A DNA stretch of 64,000 bases, from contig JAGBEP010000010.1 in the NCBI GenBank assembly GCA_017936925.1, positions 15,105 to 79,104 on the forward strand, given 5' to 3'. The notes beneath the pieces are model-generated. The model was not told the origin of the DNA, did not search any database, and saw only the letters and a program-made list of their open reading frames with translations. Position 1 is the first letter of the stretch, and each line of letters opens with the position of its first letter. Positions 50,686-60,906 of the stretch are shown here, piece after piece. The translations under genes and the position numbers were made by a program. Source of the DNA: Clostridia bacterium (GTDB lineage: Bacteria; Bacillota; Clostridia; TANB77; CAG-508).

Positions 50686-51837
50686 ATGGAAAAAGTGAAA
50701 AAAGTCTTGATTGGTATGAGTGGTGGAGTTTCAGAAGCTGTTAAGGCTTCGCCTGTTACAGATTCTGTATGCGGAACGCTAAAATCAAAGAAAGTATTAA
50801 TTGGTATGAGTGGTGGAGTTGACTCTTCTGTTTCAGCACTTTTACTAAAAGAACAAGGATATGAAGTAATAGGAACAACTATGGAATTATTTAATGGTGG
50901 TAGTTGTTGCAATCAAGAAACTTATATTGATGCCAAAAATGTCTGTGCTCAAATAGGAGTACCGCATTTTATATATAATTTTAAAGAAGAATTTAAGAAA
51001 TATGTAATTGATGATTTTATTTCTTGTTATTCAAATTGTTTAACGCCAAATCCATGTATAGAATGCAATAAATATATGAAATTTAGTTTAATGTATGAAA
51101 AAGCTAAGATATTAGGATGTGACTATATTGCTACTGGTCATTATGCTAAAACAGAATATAGCGAGAAGTATGGAAGATGGGTTTTGAAAAAATCTCATGC
51201 AGGAAAAAAAGATCAAAGTTATGTATTATGGAATATTCCAAAAGATTTAATTGAACATGTAATTTTTCCTTTGGCTGATTTTGAAAGCAAAGAAGATATT
51301 AGAAAGATTGCAAGAGAAAATAATCTTAAGGTTGCTAATAAACCTGACAGTGAAGATATTTGTTTTATACCTGATGGAAATTATAAGAGATTTTTAGAAG
51401 GCAATTCAGCAATTAAGCCCAAATCAGGTAATATTGTTCATGTAGATGGTAGAATTTTAGGAAGACATAATGGACTTTATAATTATACAATTGGGCAACG
51501 AAAAGGCCTTGGAGTTTCTTATAAAGAGCCTCTTTTTGTTGTGGGATTTGATAAAGAGAAAAATGAGGTTATTGTTGGTGAAAAACAATATATATATAAA
51601 AGTGAAATGATAGTAAAAAATATTAATTTACTTTTAGTTGATGATATAGTAGAGCCTATGAGAATTAATGTAAAGACGAGATATTCAACTTTAGAGACTT
51701 CGGCTACAATCGAAAAAATGAATGATGATGCAATAAAAGTTGTTTTCGATGAACCTGTAGCAAGAATTACTCCAGGACAATCTGCGGTATTTTATTTAGA
51801 TGATATTGTAGTTGGTGGAGGAAAAATTGTAAAATAA
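50686..51837 (+). CDS. mnmA: tRNA 2-thiouridine(34) synthase MnmA carrying a 90-bp in-frame insertion in the PP-loop region
   Basis: PP-loop SGGVDSS, CxxC (CIECNKY) and the rest of MnmA. AGGAG RBS and ATG at 50686. The 30-bp repeat copies lie at 50701-50730 and 50791-50820. Confidence 0.85.
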   Translation: MEKVKKVLIGMSGGVSEAVKASPVTDSVCGTLKSKKVLIGMSGGVDSSVSALLLKEQGYEVIGTTMELFNGGSCCNQETYIDAKNVCAQIGVPHFIYNFKEEFKKYVIDDFISCYSNCLTPNPCIECNKYMKFSLMYEKAKILGCDYIATGHYAKTEYSEKYGRWVLKKSHAGKKDQSYVLWNIPKDLIEHVIFPLADFESKEDIRKIARENNLKVANKPDSEDICFIPDGNYKRFLEGNSAIKPKSGNIVHVDGRILGRHNGLYNYTIGQRKGLGVSYKEPLFVVGFDKEKNEVIVGEKQYIYKSEMIVKNINLLLVDDIVEPMRINVKTRYSTLETSATIEKMNDDAIKVVFDEPVARITPGQSAVFYLDDIVVGGGKIVK

Positions 51838-51851
51838 TGTAGTAAAAAAAT

Positions 51852-51885
51852 ATGATTACATATATAATGTAGTCATATTTTTTTG
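51852..51885 (+). terminator. rho-independent terminator after mnmA
   Basis: ATGATTACAT-ATAT-AATGTAGTCAT (one mismatch) plus ATTTTTTTG. Confidence 0.5.
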
Positions 51886-51904
51886 TATAGAGTAAATTCT
51901 AAAA

Positions 51905-52047
51905 AATATAGAAGGACATGAATATTTACATTATGATTGGGTAGATATTAATAAAATTGATGATGTTAATTTACAACCAAAAGTTTTAAAAGAAATTATT
52001 AAAGAAGGTAAATATCCTACTCAAAAAATTAATGTTGATGAAAAATA
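51905..52047 (+). pseudogene. 3' gene remnant (about 47 codons, no start); NUDIX-hydrolase-like C-terminus
   Basis: Open frame ...EGHEYLHYDWVDINKIDDVNLQPKVLKEIIKEG... ends with TAA and is preceded by an in-frame stop. No ATG or RBS. Confidence 0.35.
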
Positions 52048-52133
52048 ATTTAAATAAAATAAAATGTCGAAATATGATGAAAAATATGTTATTGTGATAA
52101 AGATAAAATTAAGAAAGAAATTGAGGTTGTACT

Positions 52134-52895
52134 ATGTTTTTTGCTAAAGCGGGAAAATACGAAGCTTGTAAGCTATTTAGCCCTGGACATTTTACTTTAA
52201 TTATAATTACTTTTATGTGTATAGTGGTTGCTTTAAAGAAAACAATTCATAAAAGTAAGCAAGAGGTTCATAAAATTATAAAAATATTAACAATTATAAT
52301 TGTTGGATTAGAAGTAGTTAAAATTTGTTTTAAATTACAAGATTTTAAAATTATTAATGTGAAAGAATGGGTACCGTTATATTATTGTAGTTTAGTATTA
52401 TATGCGGGAATTTTAAGTTCTTTTGCAACGGGAAAATTAAAAAGAGTAGGAGATGTTTTTTTAGCTACTGGCTCAATTGTTGGTGGTTTAGTTTTTATAA
52501 TATTACCAACTACATCTCTTCCAACTTATCCAGCGTTTCATTTTATTAGTATTCATAGTTTTTTTCTACATGGGACGATGGTTTATTTGACACTTTTAAT
52601 AAATTTAACTAATTATATTGAGTTAGAAAAAAAGGATGGAGTGTATTTTGCTGGATTAGTATTAATTGCTTGTGTGGCAGCATTAATTGTTAACATTAAA
52701 TTTAATAGTAACTTGATGTTTATTTCTAAAAATTTTCCTAATACTCCTATAGAATTAATTTATAATGTAACTGGAATTTTGTTTACACCAATAATGATTA
52801 TTGCACAGATGTTTTTACCTTTTTATGGAGTATATGGTATTCTAAAACTTTTTAAAAAAATGAAGGGGAAAAAAGAAGAGAAAAATGAATTCTAA
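52134..52895 (+). CDS. integral membrane protein (about 7 TM), YwaF/TMEM164-like
   Basis: Hydrophobicity pattern only. Confidence 0.35.
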   Translation: MFFAKAGKYEACKLFSPGHFTLIIITFMCIVVALKKTIHKSKQEVHKIIKILTIIIVGLEVVKICFKLQDFKIINVKEWVPLYYCSLVLYAGILSSFATGKLKRVGDVFLATGSIVGGLVFIILPTTSLPTYPAFHFISIHSFFLHGTMVYLTLLINLTNYIELEKKDGVYFAGLVLIACVAALIVNIKFNSNLMFISKNFPNTPIELIYNVTGILFTPIMIIAQMFLPFYGVYGILKLFKKMKGKKEEKNEF

Positions 52896-52957
52896 TTTGA
52901 CATTGGAGTTCATTATTGTTATTATTATCCATGAGAAAAATTTTAGGAGGGATGAAA

Positions 52958-53908
52958 ATGAAAAACAAAAAAGTACTAATTACTGTTATTATTGTTTTGG
53001 TTTTGATTGTTGCTGTTGTAGCAGGAATTTTAATTTTAAAACCATTTGATAAGGAGAATGATGAAAAGAAAACAAAAAATGAGACAATATCTTCAGAAAC
53101 TAGAGATGATAAGAAATCTGTTGATTATGAAGAAGTTTTAACTGCATTTGCAGAAGCTTGTAAATCTGAGAAGGATATGGAAGATTTTGTTGAAGAATAT
53201 GTTGATTTTCAATCTTTATGGGCAGCTCAAAATTCAGATGAACCTTCTGATTTGGCTGATGTTTATAATGAAGCTGATGCATCAGATTATGAAGATGAGG
53301 ATTTTATTGAAGAAATAACAGACATTTTTTTAGATTTTGTTAGTGAGGATGTAGAAATAGAAATTTCTGATGTAGAAGAAGATGGAGATTTTTCAAGTAT
53401 AGGAATAGATTTTTGGAAAGCTGTAAAATTTACTGCATCTAGCGATGATGAAGAAATAGAAATGGCTGCAATTTTCTGTGATGACAAAGTTGTTATTATA
53501 GCAACACCTGAGGAAATAGATACATTACGTGAATTAGATGATGAAGATGAAGAAGATGGTGATGATGAAGAAATTTCTTTACAAGAAGTAGAAATATTTA
53601 ATACTCAATTTGAAGATTATGAAGGAACTTCTGTTACAGCTTCTGAAGTTAAAGCTTTATTAGATTTAGTTGTAACTTCTAATTCAGCTTATGAAGAAGA
53701 TGGACACTTTGTATCAGTTTATACATATAATGTGTCTGGATTTGATAGTTCTGATTTAAATGATGCTTGTTTTAACGAAGATGTTGAAGCAGCTGCTACT
53801 GAAATTTCTGCTTTAAAATCAAAAATTGTTTCATCAAAAACATATACTATTTCTTTTGTAAAAGATTTTGATGGATTTATTGAAGAAGTTGAAATAGAAG
53901 AAGAATAA
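52958..53908 (+). CDS. acidic membrane-anchored protein, long paralog of the 15730 and 18222 proteins
   Basis: FAEACKSEKDMEDFVEEYVD, EIEISDVEEDGDF and AAIFCDDKVVIIATP align with the 15730 protein. AGGAGG RBS before the ATG at 52958. Confidence 0.6.
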   Translation: MKNKKVLITVIIVLVLIVAVVAGILILKPFDKENDEKKTKNETISSETRDDKKSVDYEEVLTAFAEACKSEKDMEDFVEEYVDFQSLWAAQNSDEPSDLADVYNEADASDYEDEDFIEEITDIFLDFVSEDVEIEISDVEEDGDFSSIGIDFWKAVKFTASSDDEEIEMAAIFCDDKVVIIATPEEIDTLRELDDEDEEDGDDEEISLQEVEIFNTQFEDYEGTSVTASEVKALLDLVVTSNSAYEEDGHFVSVYTYNVSGFDSSDLNDACFNEDVEAAATEISALKSKIVSSKTYTISFVKDFDGFIEEVEIEEE

Positions 53909-54036
53909 TAAATATAAACTTTTAAGAGGACATACTTTTCAAGTATGTCCTTTAATTATGGTAATTATTTGCTTTTTCTGATTGATAAATTAGAGTTAAT
54001 TTGATTTTTAGGTTATATAAAGGGAATTAAAAATTC

Positions 54037-54065
54037 TTGACTCATACCCTTGCGGGGTATATAAT
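54037..54065 (+). promoter_or_regulatory. promoter TTGACT-17-TATAAT whose spacer contains the GC-rich inverted repeat ATACCC-TTGC-GGGGTAT
   Basis: TTGACT at 54037-54042 and TATAAT at 54060-54065. A second TTGACA-N17-GATAAT lies about 45 nt downstream. A 150-nt leader precedes the HD-domain gene. Confidence 0.5.
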
Positions 54066-54217
54066 TTAGCGTGTAAGTAAATAAATTTGGCGATTGTAAG
54101 TATTGACATTGTAGTATTTACGGGAGATAATTATATAGAAATATTTGAAAAATATGTATGACATAGATAGATTTTATTTCATATATAGTTATAGTAAAGT
54201 CAGATGGGAGAATCAAT

Positions 54218-54790
54218 ATGGAAAGAAATAAAGCATGGGATTTATTAAGAGAATATAATAAAGATAAATTTCATTTAAAACATGCTCTAATAGTAGAAGG
54301 AGTAATGAGATATTTTGCAGAAGAATTAGGATATATAGAAGATAAAGATTTTTGGGGAGTAGTAGGTCTTTTGCATGATTTAGATTTCGAAAAGTATCCA
54401 GAAAAACATTGTATAAAAAGTCAAGAAATAATGAAAGAAAATGGAATTGATAGTAAAATTATTCATGCTACTGCTAGCCATGGATATAATTTAACTGTTG
54501 ATATAAAACCTGAACATGAAATGGAAAAGGTTTTATATGCTATTGATGAGCTTACTGGATTGATTGGAGCAGTGGCTTTGATGAGACCTTCAAAAAGTGT
54601 TCAAGATTTAGAATTAAAATCTGTAAAAAAGAAGTTTAAAAATGAAAAATTTGCTGCTGGATGTTCTAGAGAAGTAATTAAAACAGGTAGTGATATGTTG
54701 GGTTGGGATTTAGATACTTTAATTGAAAGGACAATTTTGGCAATGAGAAGTTGTGAAGAAAAAATAAATAAAGAAATGGAAGCTTTATAA
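54218..54790 (+). CDS. HD-domain phosphohydrolase
   Basis: H...HD (LLHDLD) and later His/Asp positions. 190 aa. Confidence 0.65.
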   Translation: MERNKAWDLLREYNKDKFHLKHALIVEGVMRYFAEELGYIEDKDFWGVVGLLHDLDFEKYPEKHCIKSQEIMKENGIDSKIIHATASHGYNLTVDIKPEHEMEKVLYAIDELTGLIGAVALMRPSKSVQDLELKSVKKKFKNEKFAAGCSREVIKTGSDMLGWDLDTLIERTILAMRSCEEKINKEMEAL

Positions 54791-54794
54791 AAAT

Positions 54795-55655
54795 ATGGGA
54801 AAAAATAAAATTTTAACAGAAAGTCAACAAATTGAAAAAACTATTATAACTACATATCGCAAAAGTATATGGAGTCCTTTTATAAAGGGAATACAAGAGT
54901 TTGAAATGGTTAATGATGGAGATAAGATTGCTGTTTGTATTTCTGGTGGTAAAGATTCAATGCTTTTGGCTAAATGTTTACAAGAGCTAAAAAAACATAG
55001 AAAAGTTAATTTTGAACTTGTGTTTCTTGTTATGGATCCAGGCTATAGTTCTAATAACAGACAGAAGATTATTGATAATGCTGAACGTTTGAATATCCCA
55101 ATTGAAATTTTTGAATCTGATATTTTTGAATCGGTTGATTATATAGATGATCATCCTTGCTATGTATGTGCAAGAATGAGGAGAGGATATTTGTATAAAA
55201 AGGCTCAATCGCTTGGATGTAATAAGATTGCTTTGGGACATCATTTTGATGATGTTATAGAAACTATTATGATGGGAATGCTTTATGGTGCACAAATGCA
55301 AACAATGATGCCTAAACTTCATAGTACATATCATAAAGGAATGGAGCTTATTAGACCACTTTATTATGTTAAAGAAGCAGATATAATAAAATGGAGGGAT
55401 AGAAATAATTTAGAATTTATTCAATGTGCTTGTAAAGTAACTGCTAAGAAAAATATTGATTTGGAATATGATTCTAAAAGAGCGGAGATGAAGGCACTAA
55501 TTAAGCAACTTAGAAAAAAATATGATAAGATTGATATGAATATTTATAATAGTACAAAAAATGTTAATTTAAATACAATCATTTCTTATATTAAAAATGG
55601 AGAAGTACATCATTTCATGGATCATTATAATGAAAGCGACAAAAATATTTATTAG
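54795..55655 (+). CDS. ttcA: TtcA-family PP-loop ATPase (tRNA 2-thiocytidine biosynthesis-like)
   Basis: PP-loop CISGGKDS, CYVCARMRRG and LGHHFDD motifs. Confidence 0.7.
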   Translation: MGKNKILTESQQIEKTIITTYRKSIWSPFIKGIQEFEMVNDGDKIAVCISGGKDSMLLAKCLQELKKHRKVNFELVFLVMDPGYSSNNRQKIIDNAERLNIPIEIFESDIFESVDYIDDHPCYVCARMRRGYLYKKAQSLGCNKIALGHHFDDVIETIMMGMLYGAQMQTMMPKLHSTYHKGMELIRPLYYVKEADIIKWRDRNNLEFIQCACKVTAKKNIDLEYDSKRAEMKALIKQLRKKYDKIDMNIYNSTKNVNLNTIISYIKNGEVHHFMDHYNESDKNIY

Positions 55656-55758
55656 TAAAAATAAGCTTTAAATAAAATTAGTGTTAAAGAGAAGTAATTA
55701 CCAAATGTAGTTTGAGTATTTATGATAGAGGAAAATATATGTTAAAACAATTAAAAAA

Positions 55759-57502
55759 GAATGGTAGAAAGAATCTGAAAAAACATTATTTACTTTTTGT
55801 ATTTGTATGTTTTGTTGCTGCTTTTATAGGAAGTGAGTTTGTAAATTCAGCTACTTTAACAAGAGATGAGAAAGTGAGTTCTACTTTTATTACTGAATTT
55901 TATGCTAACGGTATAAATGGAGCAGAAAGACATATTAATGAAACAATAGATTTTATTGAAAATTTTGATAATAATAAGATTTTTGAGAGAAGTAAAGGTA
56001 TTTTCGCAATGGCTATTAACAGTTTTGAGTCTGGCAATTTGTATTTGCAAATAGCCAATGGTGTTATCTCGGCTGTTCATTCTAGGCAAGCCCAAATTAT
56101 AATTTTAATAATTTTGGCTTTAACAATGTTTTTTATGTTTTACTTTTTTGTTAAAAAAGTTTATATTGTTATATCTAGAAGAATATTCCTTGAAGGAAGA
56201 ATATATAGTAAGGTTGCTTCACAAAGATTTGTTTCAATAATAAAAGTTAAAAGATGGACTAAAGTCGCAGCAAGTATGTTTGTATTAGTGCTTTTTAAGA
56301 CTTTATGGGGATTTACTATTATAGGAGGAATTATCAAAAAGTATTCTTATTATTTAGTTCCCTATATTGTTGCTGAAAATCCAGATATTGCTCCATTAGA
56401 TGCAATAAAATTGTCTAGAAAGATGATGGACGGTAATAAGTGGAAATGTTTTTGCTATGAATTATCATTTATTGGATGGGATATTTTGAGTTCATTAACT
56501 GCAGGGACAACGGCAATATTTTATTCAAATCCATATAAGATTGCTACTTTTTCAGAATTTTATGTTTCGATTAGAGAGAAAGCTAAAAAAGAGAATATGG
56601 AATTATCAGAAAAGCTAAATGATGTATACTTGTTTGAAAAGGCAAGTGATGAAGTTCTTAGTGAAAAGTACGCAGATGTAATAGAGGGGTTAAGAATTTC
56701 TCCTTGTAGTGAATTACCTGATAAAAGAGGAATAAAAAACTTTTTAAATAGGTATTTTGGTATTTCATTATATACGAAGGAATATAATGCAGCCTATGAA
56801 AGGGCGCAGATAAGAAAGATGAAAAAAGAAAAATATAAGTATGTTCTTGCAGGTGAAACATATCCTGATAGGTTGTTTACAATAGAAAGGAAGAAAAAGA
56901 AAAATAGATTTGAGACTTTAAATTATTTGAGAACATATACATTAAGTAGTTTACTTGTAATTTTCTTTATAATTTGTATTATTGGTTGGTTATATGAAGT
57001 TAGTATTCATTTGATAAGAGATGGAGCTTTTGTAAATAGAGGAACGATGCATGGACCTTGGCTTCCAATCTATGGTTATGGCGGAATATTAATTATTACT
57101 ATTTTATATAATTTTAGACATAATCCTAAAGAGCAATTTTTGGCTACAATAGTTTTATGCGGAATAATAGAATATTTGACTTCTTTTGTTTTAGAAGTTG
57201 TATATGGGCAAAGATGGTGGGACTATACAGGATATTTTATTAATATTAATGGTAGAATTTGTGCGGAAGGTTTATTAGTATTCGGAATAGGTGGACTTGC
57301 TATTTCATATATTTTGGCACCTATGATAGATAATTTTTTGAAGAAAATTAATAAAAAGATTTTAATTCCAGTACTTAGTATATTAGTAGTTGTATTTTTA
57401 ATAGATCAAATATATTCCATGAAAAAGCCTAATGTTGGTGCTGGAGTGACTTCATATTCCTATATTCAAGAAGAAAATTATTTGAAGTATAAAATAGATT
57501 AA
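55759..57502 (+). CDS. large polytopic membrane protein, apparently two membrane domains joined by a soluble linker
   Basis: Hydrophobicity only. The ATG at 55759 has a GAGG RBS, and the ORF track opens at 55712. Confidence 0.4.
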
Positions 57503-57632
57503 AAAACGAGATTCATTTGAGAATACTCGTTTTTTTAGTTGATGAACATATTAAAGGCTATTTTTTTTAGATATCTTATAGAAAGCAGATAATTTGTAAC
57601 TTTTTAGTTTTTTGCGTAATAGTATATAATAG

Positions 57633-58535
57633 GTGATTTATATGGAGTTAGGAGCTTGCTTTTCAGGAGGAGGAATAAAAGGTTTTGCTCATATTGGGGC
57701 TATGAAGGCTTTAGAAGAAGAAAAAATAAAATTTGGATATTTTTCTGGAACTTCTTCAGGAAGTATTGTTGCTACTTTATATTCTTGTGGATACTCATCA
57801 GAAGAAATTGCTAAAATTTTTTTGAATCATGTAAATGATATAAAATATATAGATAGCGAAAATGTAAAAAGATTTTTTAAAAACTTTTTTACAGGAAAAG
57901 GATTTAAAATTGATGGCTTAAATAGTGGAATGATTATAAAACGATTAATTAATAAATATTGTAATCAAAAAGGTGTATATAATATTAAAGATATTGAAAT
58001 TCCACTTCTTATTCCTGCTGTTAATTTGTGTACAGAGGAATTATATGTTTTTACTAATTATAAAATAGAGAATAGAAGTAGTGGATTTAGATATATTTAT
58101 GATGTAGATATTGGTACTGCTGTACAGGCAAGTTGCAGTTATCCTGGGGTATTTTCTCCATGTGTATTTGAAGATAGTTTATTAGTGGATGGTGGAATCG
58201 CAGAAAATATTCCTTGGAGAGAGATGAAAAAAATGGGAATAGATAAAGTAGTAAGTATTGTTTTTAATGATGAAAGTAAATGTAAACGAGAAAATTCAAT
58301 TATTGATATTCTTTCAAAATCATTTTCAATACTTTGTCATGAGTTAGCAGAATATGAAGAAGATGGAAGTGATTATTTATTAAGAATCGATTTACCAAAA
58401 TGTGGTTTGTTAGAGAAGGTTGATGGTAGAAAATTGATGGAAGAGGGGTATAAGCAAACGAAGAAAAAAATTAAGAATATAAAACAAGAAGTTTTAAGTG
58501 TTTCTAAAAAAGTTTCACAATTTGATTATGATTAA
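57633..58535 (+). CDS. patatin-like phospholipase
   Basis: Oxyanion GGGIKG and lipase serine GTSSG motifs, plus the Asp region DGG. Confidence 0.8.
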   Translation: MIYMELGACFSGGGIKGFAHIGAMKALEEEKIKFGYFSGTSSGSIVATLYSCGYSSEEIAKIFLNHVNDIKYIDSENVKRFFKNFFTGKGFKIDGLNSGMIIKRLINKYCNQKGVYNIKDIEIPLLIPAVNLCTEELYVFTNYKIENRSSGFRYIYDVDIGTAVQASCSYPGVFSPCVFEDSLLVDGGIAENIPWREMKKMGIDKVVSIVFNDESKCKRENSIIDILSKSFSILCHELAEYEEDGSDYLLRIDLPKCGLLEKVDGRKLMEEGYKQTKKKIKNIKQEVLSVSKKVSQFDYD

Positions 58536-58630
58536 AAATAAAGTGAACTAAATTTATGATATAAACCTAAAAGAAGGCTTTTATCTTTTTAGTTCACTTT
58601 ATTTTTTTGAAGCAATTTTAATGAGTAATT

Positions 58631-58876
58631 TTAGTTATTTTGAAATTTTTGTTTTGCAGAATCTATTTTTTGAGAGTCTGCACATTCAGTTTGATACCAG
58701 CCTTTAGCTTTCATTAAATTATAGATTTTGTTTTGAATGTCTAGAGAAGTATTTAATGCGTCTTTAAATGCACAATGAACTTCTTTAGTACTGGATTCAA
58801 TTGCTCCGTGCATATATAAATCACATATACCTTTTTCGATAAGCAATTCTTTTTCCATTAATTCACGATCTTCCAT
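58631..58876 (-). CDS. spore coat protein, CotF-like C-terminal half
   Basis: Coat_F-like H/E/Q-rich helical pattern. GGAG RBS. Confidence 0.45.
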   Translation of the reverse strand: MEDRELMEKELLIEKGICDLYMHGAIESSTKEVHCAFKDALNTSLDIQNKIYNLMKAKGWYQTECADSQKIDSAKQKFQNN

Positions 58877-58887
58877 AAAAAAACTCC

Positions 58888-59073
58888 TTATAATAAATTT
58901 AAAAATTTGTTAAATATTTCATTGTGCTTTTGCTCTAACTCTGATGCATAAGATGCAAGTTGTGCATCTTGTAATTGTGTTGAAGTGTTTTGTGCACAAG
59001 TTTTCATAAATTCTTCGTGTGCTAATGCGTCTTCAACATATAAAAGTTCTTTATTTGTCAATTTTATCACCAC
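58888..59073 (-). CDS. spore coat protein, CotF-like N-terminal half
   Basis: LTNKELLYVEDALAHEEF resembles the Coat_F N-terminus. The adjacent gene is co-oriented. Confidence 0.45.
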   Translation of the reverse strand: MVIKLTNKELLYVEDALAHEEFMKTCAQNTSTQLQDAQLASYASELEQKHNEIFNKFLNLL

Positions 59074-59201
59074 CTGATTTTATTATGAGCGTGTTAAACT
59101 TTTTTATTCACTATTATAATTTTTTTTATGATAAATAAGCGATTTTGTATATTGAGTTTTTTTATGTCCTATGATATATTTCCTTTTATAGGAGAATTGC
59201 T

Positions 59202-60903
59202 GTGAAAGAATGGATAAAGAATAATATTAAATATATAGTAATTATTTTGATAATAGTAATTATTATGACTTTTTTTATGACTAAAAAAGAAGGATATCAT
59301 GAAGATGAAATGTTTTCTTATGGTTCTTCTAATTACACATGGGATAATGTTTATAGACCTTATGGAAAAGAAGATGCAACTAATGTTCTTGTTAGAACTA
59401 AAATTGCCCAAGGAAATCTATTTAATATTTTAAAAAATGTGAAATATTATGTTTGGGATCATAGAGATGAGACCGATAGTTTTTTATTAGAATTTGATTC
59501 TAATAGAAAACCTATTTGGAGAACTTCAGAAGAAGCAAAGGATTATTTAACAGTTGAAGGAAACGAAGTAGGAAATTATTTTAAAGTTTATTATAATCAA
59601 GCTAGAGATGTTCATCCACCATTGTTTTATTTTTTAGTACATACAGTCTCTTTATTTTTTTATGGTACTTTTTCAAAATATATAATTTATAGTATAAATA
59701 TTATTTTTATGATAGCATCATTAGTTACTATAAAGAAAATCTTTGAAGCTATAGATAAGAAACATTTGATTATTCCTGGACTTATTTTGTATGGATGTAG
59801 TATGGGGGCAATATCAACTGTTATTTTGCAGAGAATGTATGCGATGTTGACTTTTTTTAGCTTAGAATTTATTTTAATTAATATTAAAATTGCTAAAAAC
59901 GATTTTCAAATTGACAAGAAAACATGGATAGAGCTCGGATTTATAACTGTACTTGGCTTTTTAACTCAGTATTATTTTTGTATTTTAGCTGTATTAATTG
60001 CATTAATGATATTTATTGAAATTTGTAGGAAAAAAGACAAAAAGCAAATCTTAAAATATATTTTTAACTATGCTAAAATTGCAGTTATTGGTATTGTAAT
60101 ATATCCTTTTGCAATTAATCATATGTTTTTCTCTTATAGAGGTGTGGGAGAAGCAAAAATGCAAAGAGGTTTTATAGAAAAACTTATCGATTACTTTAAT
60201 TTAGTTCGGATATTCATATAGTTTGCCTTTTATTAGTATTGTAGTAGTTGTTTTATTATGTGCAATTTTTATATTAATAAAGAGAAAAAAAAGCAGGGAA
60301 AGAATTAATAAATTTACTTTTAATATGATGTTTATGTTAGGAGTAGCTTTAGTGCTGTATATTGGAATTATAGTTCTTATTTCTCCAGAACTTGAATATT
60401 TTCATACATTAAGATACATTATGTCGGTATTACCAATTATTACGATTTTATTGCTTGTTTTGATTGATTCATGTTTTGGCATGCACAAAAAAATATCAGA
60501 AGGAATTTTAATATTCTTAACAATTATAATTTCTATTTATGGATTAATTATTAGTGAGCCATCATTTTTATATAAGGGATATAATAACTATTTGAAAATT
60601 GCTACTGAAAATAAACATGTTAAATTTGTTTATGTAGGTGATACTGTATTTAATCATATTCAAAGTATGCAAGAATTTTGTATATATGATGAAAGTTTAA
60701 TCTTAAATGAAAATGAGATAGATTATATACTAAATGATGAAAAACTGAAAAATGAAGATGAGTTTATATTAAGCATAAAAAAATATAAAGGTGTTGATGA
60801 GATTCTAGAAAAAATAGTGTCACAATCAGAATTTAAAAATTATGAGTTATTACTTGATGATAATGGTGACGTGGGTTGTAAAATTTTTAGAATGATGAGG
60901 TAA
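59202..60903 (+). CDS. GT-C fold glycosyltransferase (PMT/ArnT-like, GT39/GT83) split by an apparent frameshift at about 60205-60225 into 339-aa and 226-aa ORFs
   Basis: The first periplasmic loop carries HEDEM (DE motif) and HPPLFYF. Eight TMs in ORF1 and four TMs plus a 110-aa soluble C-domain in ORF2. ORF2 has no ATG (TTG) and no RBS. Combined length of about 565 aa is typical. Confidence 0.6.
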
Positions 60904-60906
60904 AAA

